IMG/VR virus record: IMGVR_UViG_3300050821_005436
Coordinates: 3,194 to 67,193 of that record
Reading direction: 5' to 3' (one strand)
Length of the DNA stretch: 64,000 nt
DNA from: a virus
In this document: in pieces, positions 57,703-64,000 of the stretch
Numbering within the stretch: the stretch's first letter is position 1
Layout: each line of letters opens with the position of its first letter
The notes under the pieces: model-generated
The model's input: only the letters and a program-made list of their open reading frames with translations
Databases searched by the model: none
Told to the model about the DNA's origin: nothing
Program-made: the position numbers and the translations under genes

Positions 57703-60441
57703 TTATTGTCGTCTATTATTAGGATTTTGAATTACTAATACATTTAATTCTGGATTCGGCATAGCGCCTTGTCCTGGAGCTAATATATCCGATACCGTTC
57801 CAGTAAAGTCACTAACAAACGGAGTTTGCCCTACCTGCACCCTATTTGTGGGCGGTGGTAAATTAGAAACTTGATCAGTTGCATTACTAACCAAATTATT
57901 CAAAGTGGATATTGCACCATTTCCAAATGATGCTCCAGCTAAAACAGAAGCATTAATTTGTGTAGAATTTATACCAGATGGAGTGTCATATCCAGTAACT
58001 GATCGTTCTGCACTTGTATCTGATGTTGTTGTTCCTTGTGCAGTGTAATCGTTAGTTTGATTAGGTAATCTAATCATACTTAGTTTTTGTGTAAATTGTC
58101 CTGACACAAAGCTGGATGTAACTTGCAATACTCTATATAAGCCGTCAAACACATTATTAGTTGCTTGATATGTTGTTTTAGAAAGCAATCCAGTATTCAT
58201 ATCATAATCACCAGCAGATTTAAACGTTAATCTAACATCCACTTCTCCAGTATCCATTGGAATGGAACCCTTCAAATTTGTGATATTGTTGCCCACATAT
58301 AAAATATCATCTTGTTTAATAAAATCAGGGTCACCAATTATTTCCATTGATACAGACAACATATCTGCTTGCGCTTTAGACAACAAATTAGCATGCAAGT
58401 CAGCTGCCATAGTTGTTTTAGTATCTTTAAATGCATATCCCGGGGCAGTAGCAGACATAATACCTGCTACTGGCTGAAAACTGCTGGGACTCAAATTACC
58501 TTGTGTTGCAATTAAATTGCTTTCAACCTGAGGATTATTGTTATCGGTTAGTGATTGTGAAGAGGTTGCCTGAGCTTGCGCTGGAAATGCAGTTACTGCG
58601 GTATAAAATAGTGCCTCGAAACTCAAATCTAAATTGATAATACTAGTATTTTCTCCAGTGAATAAGTATTGATAATCCTTAACATACTTACTTGCTTTAC
58701 CTTGAGGGGCATATGGATATCTCACATTAAACATAGTGTATTTGTTTATATAATATGTGATCTTTTTTGCATACTTATTTCTAGTTTTATCAAAATCCAA
58801 TAGTTGCACTTGTGTGGTAATTCTCCAATGTTCATATGGTTTATTTTGATTGTTTGTTGATGATCTTGGTGTTTCAGATGCTTGCGTTCCGCTTGTTGGA
58901 TCCGTCAATTGATTTGTCATATAATCACTATTTCTAATAATGTTATTGATTAAATCAATTATTGATGTGCCTGCATTTATTCTGAATGTGTTTGTTGTAT
59001 AATCAACAGTATAAGAACCTTGATTTTGGGAACTCTGCGCACCTTTGAGTTTGTAATCCTTTTCATCTTTATCATTCAAATATTGAACATTTTTAATATC
59101 TGTTCTTGATGGGATAGTGAGTTTCGCACTAGCGATTGCTGGATCAAATACAAACACATATTCATCCTGCTTTTGCATAGACTTATTTTGGACTAAATTA
59201 GCATTCCATTGATTCAATGCATCCTTTACACCAGTGACTATCATCGTTTGACTAGATGCATCTGTAGTAGGTCCAGGATTAGTGCTTTGTGCATTAAGTA
59301 GTGCTTGTGTCTGGTTATCTGTTGTAGCTCCCTGGAGTTGCTGAATTCTCTGTGCCAATGCCACAGTAGTTGATTCTTGCCTATTAGTTGATGTGTTTGC
59401 CGGCTTCGCCGCGGTCGCATTGAAAAAATCATTTATTGTAGATGCAGAAATTTCAAAATTAGCTGGAATTATAACCTGAGTATCATTATACGCAGCATGA
59501 TTGACAGGAATTGCATCAACCTTATACACAGTTCCTTTCTCATTATAATTAATCTTCATACTAATCAAATTGATAGGTATAATTTTAGTTGTCCCAGGAA
59601 TAGGATTTACAGGATTACCATTCGAATCATATCCGACAAAATCAATTTGAAATATATATGGCATGCTGATGTAATTATGTCCGTTTATGGACGCTGTGCA
59701 ATCGATCAACCTATTCAACAGAGTGCAACCATATGGTTCTATAATGTCAAATTTCATACTTATTGCATTTGACCCTCTTGTCTCAGCATTTAAGCCAATT
59801 ACTGTGTCAATTTCGACATTTTCGAAATAAAAATCATCTGTAAATAATGAATTTCTAGTAAAAGTGTTATTGCCATATAATCCTGCACTAGCAATCAACA
59901 CATTTGACGGCACAAAGGATTCTGGATTTTCGATCGTATTATTATACGTGCCAGGAGGGACCATCATCAAAGAAAATCTATAAGTATATGTAGGATAACT
60001 ATCTAAGATATTTGGTTTAGGGGCACTGTTTGACGCTGCTTTTCCGCTAGAAGAAATATCTGAAATAGCTAATTGTCCGAAGCCTGCATCCACACCAAAT
60101 AGCGAGCCAGGCAGATTACTTGCTGATACAGAATTTAGCGTTGTGCTATTCAGCAATGCTGCTGATGAGGATGTATCTGTTCCGTTTGGTGTAGTAAAAT
60201 TGTATGACGATGTTTGTGTTGTAGTAGCAAATAACCCAGGAGAACCTGGTTGTCCTGATATAGAAGATGTATTAACACTATCTGATGTATTAGTCAATCC
60301 AGTCGAAGGATTTTGTGGGATAGGTGGATTATTTAAACCCCTTCCTAAATCGGTTCCGCCTGGCAAGGGCTCGCCACCAGTATTAATGTTGTTTATAGCA
60401 CTATCAGTAAGCTGCCCTAGACTATTAGTTAAACCAGGCAT
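57703..60441 (-). CDS. Baseplate hub protein (gp27-like position)
   Basis: NILDSYPTYTYRFSL, IIEPYG, Y.YLFTGEN, IIGDPDFI, GLYRVLQVTSSF.SGQFTQ.L. Confidence 0.6.
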   Translation of the reverse strand: MPGLTNSLGQLTDSAINNINTGGEPLPGGTDLGRGLNNPPIPQNPSTGLTNTSDSVNTSSISGQPGSPGLFATTTQTSSYNFTTPNGTDTSSSAALLNSTTLNSVSASNLPGSLFGVDAGFGQLAISDISSSGKAASNSAPKPNILDSYPTYTYRFSLMMVPPGTYNNTIENPESFVPSNVLIASAGLYGNNTFTRNSLFTDDFYFENVEIDTVIGLNAETRGSNAISMKFDIIEPYGCTLLNRLIDCTASINGHNYISMPYIFQIDFVGYDSNGNPVNPIPGTTKIIPINLISMKINYNEKGTVYKVDAIPVNHAAYNDTQVIIPANFEISASTINDFFNATAAKPANTSTNRQESTTVALAQRIQQLQGATTDNQTQALLNAQSTNPGPTTDASSQTMIVTGVKDALNQWNANLVQNKSMQKQDEYVFVFDPAIASAKLTIPSRTDIKNVQYLNDKDEKDYKLKGAQSSQNQGSYTVDYTTNTFRINAGTSIIDLINNIIRNSDYMTNQLTDPTSGTQASETPRSSTNNQNKPYEHWRITTQVQLLDFDKTRNKYAKKITYYINKYTMFNVRYPYAPQGKASKYVKDYQYLFTGENTSIINLDLSFEALFYTAVTAFPAQAQATSSQSLTDNNNPQVESNLIATQGNLSPSSFQPVAGIMSATAPGYAFKDTKTTMAADLHANLLSKAQADMLSVSMEIIGDPDFIKQDDILYVGNNITNLKGSIPMDTGEVDVRLTFKSAGDYDMNTGLLSKTTYQATNNVFDGLYRVLQVTSSFVSGQFTQKLSMIRLPNQTNDYTAQGTTTSDTSAERSVTGYDTPSGINSTQINASVLAGASFGNGAISTLNNLVSNATDQVSNLPPPTNRVQVGQTPFVSDFTGTVSDILAPGQGAMPNPELNVLVIQNPNNRRQ

Positions 60442-60442
60442 C

Positions 60443-60748
60443 TTAAATTCCTAATGCAGTCGTTAGAGTTTGCTTCGATGGAAGTTGTATATTCACACCT
60501 GATACGAAATCCCCGATAGGATCTTCTATAACATTCGGATTTCTAACGGCAAATACCCACCACAAGCCTGCATTTCCGTATAAGTCAAATGCCAAAAGGT
60601 CTGGGCGAAATTCGTAAATTTTATTGATCTGAAATATTTTATCATCTATATATTTCGGAAAATTTCTAAAATTAATAACATCTAGAAACTGACCAAAAGT
60701 ATCAGTTGTATAATATGGAGAAGTTGCTGAATATTGTGCTGTGCTCAT
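60443..60748 (-). CDS. gp53: Baseplate wedge subunit gp53-like (LysM-like)
   Basis: RPDLLAFDLYG...LWWVFA..N motif. Confidence 0.85.
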   Translation of the reverse strand: MSTAQYSATSPYYTTDTFGQFLDVINFRNFPKYIDDKIFQINKIYEFRPDLLAFDLYGNAGLWWVFAVRNPNVIEDPIGDFVSGVNIQLPSKQTLTTALGI

Positions 60749-61677
60749 TATATGAAGTTTCCTGCGCCTTGAATTAATTGACCAGCAGCAAATTGACTCA
60801 ATGTAAAGTTATTGTGCAATACTTGCCTACTGTAGATAGGAGCCACTGTAATTGTTATGGTGCTCATCGTCGGCAATCGTGTGCTCAACGAACTATTAGT
60901 TATTAAGTTTTGCACTGAAGATGTTCCAAATTGTTGAGGAGATGATGATGGTATTTCTACATAATCAACATCATTGGGCATCTCATGAGAAAAAGATTTT
61001 ACAACACAAGGAACATGGGGGAAATAATTAGCACCATATCCATCCAAATACACTAACGGGGGAGGATTTCCTGCTAATGCATCTTGTCCGAAAAACATCT
61101 TTGTCGCGCTTCTGAAAAATTCAATGACTGCCATAAGATATGTGCCTTCTTGAATATTCTGAACTGTAAATTGGCCAGAAATATTAATTTCAGATACTTG
61201 AGATCCCTTATAAAAATAGTTTGCATAATTAGAGTGGGTCAATGTTGCTGACTCATAATCTGCTGTGTGTGACAATCCAACCGTTGGTGTATATGGAAAA
61301 ATAACTCCACTCGTTCCTATGAGTGGCCACTGGATTCCTGGATTCGAGGATTGATAGAATATTCCAGCCGCTGGCGGCAAACTAATTCTTACACGCCAAT
61401 CATTTGCTGGTGTAACTCCACCTAATGCACCAGCAATATTAAAACCCACAGAAGGAATTAATGATCGTAATGCTGAATTGCCCAATCCGCTAGAAATTAA
61501 TCTATTCGCTGATACATTTGCAATATTTGTTAGATTTGTATCTACAAATGTTTGTGCAGAGTTTAGTGCTTGCGATGTTTGAGACGAGACAAAGCCGCCG
61601 ACATTGTTATTGATGTAACTAGTCGCGCTATTGACAGTATTATCTACTGTGCTAGTGATGTTATCCAGGAATCCCAT
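60748..61677 (-). CDS. Baseplate/tail-tube initiator-like protein (gp48/gp54-type)
   Basis: GVIFPYTP, THSNY, GNPPPLVYL.GYG, VPCVVKSF; upstream of gp53. Confidence 0.55.
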   Translation of the reverse strand: MGFLDNITSTVDNTVNSATSYINNNVGGFVSSQTSQALNSAQTFVDTNLTNIANVSANRLISSGLGNSALRSLIPSVGFNIAGALGGVTPANDWRVRISLPPAAGIFYQSSNPGIQWPLIGTSGVIFPYTPTVGLSHTADYESATLTHSNYANYFYKGSQVSEINISGQFTVQNIQEGTYLMAVIEFFRSATKMFFGQDALAGNPPPLVYLDGYGANYFPHVPCVVKSFSHEMPNDVDYVEIPSSSPQQFGTSSVQNLITNSSLSTRLPTMSTITITVAPIYSRQVLHNNFTLSQFAAGQLIQGAGNFI

Positions 61678-61699
61678 TGATTAAGCCATTTATATACAA

Positions 61700-61705
61700 T
61701 ATTTA
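61700..61705 (-). promoter_or_regulatory. Late promoter core heading the baseplate operon
   Basis: gaTAAATAtt on the minus strand. Confidence 0.65.
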
Positions 61706-61799
61706 TCGGTTGCATAATAGCATGACATTATAGTAGAACCAGTTTTACTTAGAATGCTTGACTATGGCTGTATAATAATTATATAAGGAAGGAATTTAG

Positions 61800-62705
61800 A
61801 TGGCCAATTATATCAATAACAAAGATTTCTTATTTGAAATCGCAAAAAGCAAAATTACATATTGCTGTTTTACTGAAAAAACTGATGCATATTACGATAT
61901 CATTCTACCTAATGTAGATTTGATTCCAGAAAGTATAGAACAAGGTAGGCAAAATCGTGCTGATCGTTTATCAAAAATAGCATATGATCAAGGTTTAATA
62001 GACGCTAAAGCTGCCGGGCAAGCAAAACCAAAATCTGAAGATTTTCAAATCGATCCTACAACTATTTCTGATGATGAAATCATATTTCGAATCATGACTT
62101 GGGAACATATTCCAATGGAAGTAGTAAAAACTAAAAAAGAAGCAAAACTCAAGATTGAAGAATTTTTTCCTGAGGATTCTTTGTTCGAAGAAGAGACAAC
62201 TATGATAGAAGTTCCGGCTGTCAGTTTAGATCCAGAATCTGGAATAGCAAAGCCGAAGATGAAATATGTGAAGGTAAATTTTCCACCGTTCCAACATTTC
62301 AAATACGTTGATGGATCAATCACACTAATAGGTAAAAGTCATTGGAAAGGCACACTAGAAGATGGACATTTCTCTAAGGATCACGGTGCCATGACAAGAA
62401 AATTAGCAGAAATGTTTATTAAATTGTGCGATAGATATGCTACGCGTAGCAATTGGCGCAGTTACACATACAATGATGAAATGCGTGGCCAAGCCCTTCT
62501 ACAACTCTCACAAGTTGGATTGCAATTTGATGAATCAAAGAGCAACAATCCATTCGCATTCTACACCACTGTCACCACTAACTCCTTCTGTCGTATCCTC
62601 AATGAGGAAAAGAAACGACAATCGTTGCGAGATGATATCCTAGAATCATATAATCTTAATCCGTCATTTACTCGGCAAAATGAATGGAACAATTATGATG
62701 ATTGA
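61800..62705 (+). CDS. gp55: Late transcription sigma factor, T4 gp55-like
   Basis: NYINNKDFL start; NWRSYTYNDEM...FDESKSNNPFAFYT...F.RILNEEKK; adjacent to gp47/gp46; AGGAAGG SD. Confidence 0.88.
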   Translation: MANYINNKDFLFEIAKSKITYCCFTEKTDAYYDIILPNVDLIPESIEQGRQNRADRLSKIAYDQGLIDAKAAGQAKPKSEDFQIDPTTISDDEIIFRIMTWEHIPMEVVKTKKEAKLKIEEFFPEDSLFEEETTMIEVPAVSLDPESGIAKPKMKYVKVNFPPFQHFKYVDGSITLIGKSHWKGTLEDGHFSKDHGAMTRKLAEMFIKLCDRYATRSNWRSYTYNDEMRGQALLQLSQVGLQFDESKSNNPFAFYTTVTTNSFCRILNEEKKRQSLRDDILESYNLNPSFTRQNEWNNYDD

Positions 62706-62719
62706 TGGATGAATCAGTA

Positions 62720-62748
62720 TTGCTAATCATTTACAAATCCTGCATAAT
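62720..62748 (+). promoter_or_regulatory. Candidate sigma70-type promoter for gp47, leaderless
   Basis: TTGCTA-17 nt-CATAAT, ATG 6 nt downstream, no SD. Confidence 0.45.
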
Positions 62749-62754
62749 CATTGA

Positions 62755-63777
62755 ATGACTACAAATTTATTTAAGAAGGCAGTGTTTTTTACAGATATCC
62801 ATTTCGGAAAATCTAGTAACAGCTTAGCCCACAACAATGATTGCATTGAGTTTATTGAATGGATGATTAAAGTCGCTAAGGAACAAGGATGTGAAACATG
62901 TTTCTTCCTAGGCGACTATCACAACAATAGAGCAAGCGTTAATGTTCATACGTTGAACTATGCATTGAAAGGTCTTGAACTTATCAGCGCAGCATTCGAT
63001 CAAACGTATTTCATTCCTGGAAATCACGATCTATATTGGAAAGAAAGCCGACAAATTCAGAGTATGGAATTTGCAAAACATCTTCCTAATATTACTATCG
63101 TAAATGACTTTTTTAAGCAAGGCGATGTTAGCATCGTACCATGGTTGATTGGGGATGACTACAAAAAATTGAGCAAAATTTCTGCACAATATATGTTAGG
63201 ACATTTTGAGTTACCTAGTTTCTATATGAATGCTCAAATACAAATGCCTGAGCATAGCAACGGTCCTAAGAGAGAACAACTCTCAAAAATTGGGCATGTG
63301 TTTAGCGGTCACTTTCATAAACGTCAAACAAATGGTAACATTACCTATATGGGAAATTGCTTCCCTCACAACTTCTCTGACGAAGGAGATGATGATAGAG
63401 GTATTATGATCTTAGAATGGGGTCAGGAGCCAGTCTATCAAGCTTGGCCTGATGCTCCTGCATATAGAATTTATAGTTTATCTCAAATTCTAGAAGATCC
63501 AGCACAATTCTTAAAACCAAAACGACATATCAAAGTAAATCTTGATGTGGATATTTCTTATGAAGAAGCAAATTTCATCAAAGAAACATTCATTAAACAA
63601 TATTCGTTAAGAGAACTAACTCTTATACCTACTAAAAATTCCGAGCATGAGCATGATTCGACCACTGGCGAAATCAAGTTTCAGACCGTCGACCAGGTAG
63701 TTTTTGAAAACATCAACGATATTTCTAGTGAATTCTTTAACAACCAGTTATTATTAGATATCTACAGGAGCCTTTAA
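62755..63777 (+). CDS. gp47: Recombination endonuclease subunit (Mre11/SbcD-like)
   Basis: TDIHFG, LGDYH, PGNHD, GHFE, SGHFH metallophosphoesterase motifs. Confidence 0.92.
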   Translation: MTTNLFKKAVFFTDIHFGKSSNSLAHNNDCIEFIEWMIKVAKEQGCETCFFLGDYHNNRASVNVHTLNYALKGLELISAAFDQTYFIPGNHDLYWKESRQIQSMEFAKHLPNITIVNDFFKQGDVSIVPWLIGDDYKKLSKISAQYMLGHFELPSFYMNAQIQMPEHSNGPKREQLSKIGHVFSGHFHKRQTNGNITYMGNCFPHNFSDEGDDDRGIMILEWGQEPVYQAWPDAPAYRIYSLSQILEDPAQFLKPKRHIKVNLDVDISYEEANFIKETFIKQYSLRELTLIPTKNSEHEHDSTTGEIKFQTVDQVVFENINDISSEFFNNQLLLDIYRSL

Positions 63778-64000
63778 TGTCAATAAAAATTAAGAGTTTA
63801 ACCTGCAGAAATTTTATGTCTGTAGGAGCAGTTAGTCAAGGTGTCAATTTCGATAGAAATGACTTGACAATGGTATTGGGTGAGAATTTAGATTTAGGAG
63901 GCAATGATGCCGGTGCTCGGAATGGTGTGGGTAAGTCTGCTATTCTTAACGCTATTAGCTATGGTTTATATGGACAAGCTATTAGTAATATTCGACGTGA
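63777..64000 (+). CDS. gp46: Recombination ATPase subunit (Rad50/SbcC-like), truncated by the window end
   Basis: Hand translation MSIKIKSLTCRNFMSVG...VLGEN...RNGVGKSAILNAISYGLYG (Walker A); TAATG overlap with gp47. Confidence 0.9.
   Translation, partial: MSIKIKSLTCRNFMSVGAVSQGVNFDRNDLTMVLGENLDLGGNDAGARNGVGKSAILNAISYGLYGQAISNIRR

Noticed and set aside
61749-61787. Sigma70 promoter for gp55 (TTGACT and TATAAT both present)
   Set aside because: The two hexamers are only 7 nt apart and alternative pairings are weak, so it was not called, although a promoter must lie in this gap
1365-62643. Numerous 60-170-aa ORFs nested in or antisense to long genes (e.g. 1365..1865, 5047..5427, 43366..43719, 60143..60454)
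   Set aside because: No motifs, SD or promoter; expected shadows of codon-biased genes
1-64000. Stop-codon reassignment, as seen in some jumbo phages
   Set aside because: Genes are full length in the standard code, and TAA, TGA and TAG (9231-9233) all end genes at sensible positions
1-64000. CRISPR array, tRNA genes, transposases, reverse transcriptase/DGR
   Set aside because: Intergenic gaps are all under about 150 nt with no repeat-spacer or cloverleaf pattern, and no such protein motifs were seen. This was judged by eye only.

Overview
This AT-rich, densely coding 64-kb window is part of a T4-related myovirus, most likely a jumbo phage. Gene content and order resemble Rak2/GAP32/Atu_ph07-type phages, which is an inference and not a database result. 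The standard genetic code applies. From left to right: (1) two tailspike/fibre genes with T4 gp9/gp10-like N-terminal anchors; (2) DHFR, thymidylate synthase, an NDP-sugar epimerase and a DegT aminotransferase; (3) five paralogous proteins with ADP-ribosyltransferase-like motifs and an MK(I/L)xE(I/L) N-terminus, split by a 965-aa repeat-built pseudo-glycosyltransferase; (4) a late operon of SGNH-like paralogs, an unannotated 34-aa 'DPFIY' peptide, a NodU/TobZ-type carbamoyltransferase and dCMP deaminase; (5) six radical SAM enzymes and three DxD glycosyltransferases; (6) a baseplate/tail module including a 4425-aa wedge protein, gp6, gp25, gp5, a hub protein and gp53; (7) the late sigma factor gp55, gp47 and the start of gp46. 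A TAAATA late-promoter motif precedes most transcription units, often only 5-6 nt before the ATG, suggesting leaderless mRNAs. The two best candidates for undescribed systems are a ~28-kb sugar-tailoring supercluster, possibly for virion glycosylation, and a family of putative capsid-packaged ART-like effectors. No tRNA, CRISPR array, intron or transposase was seen. All functional calls rest on motif recognition by eye.
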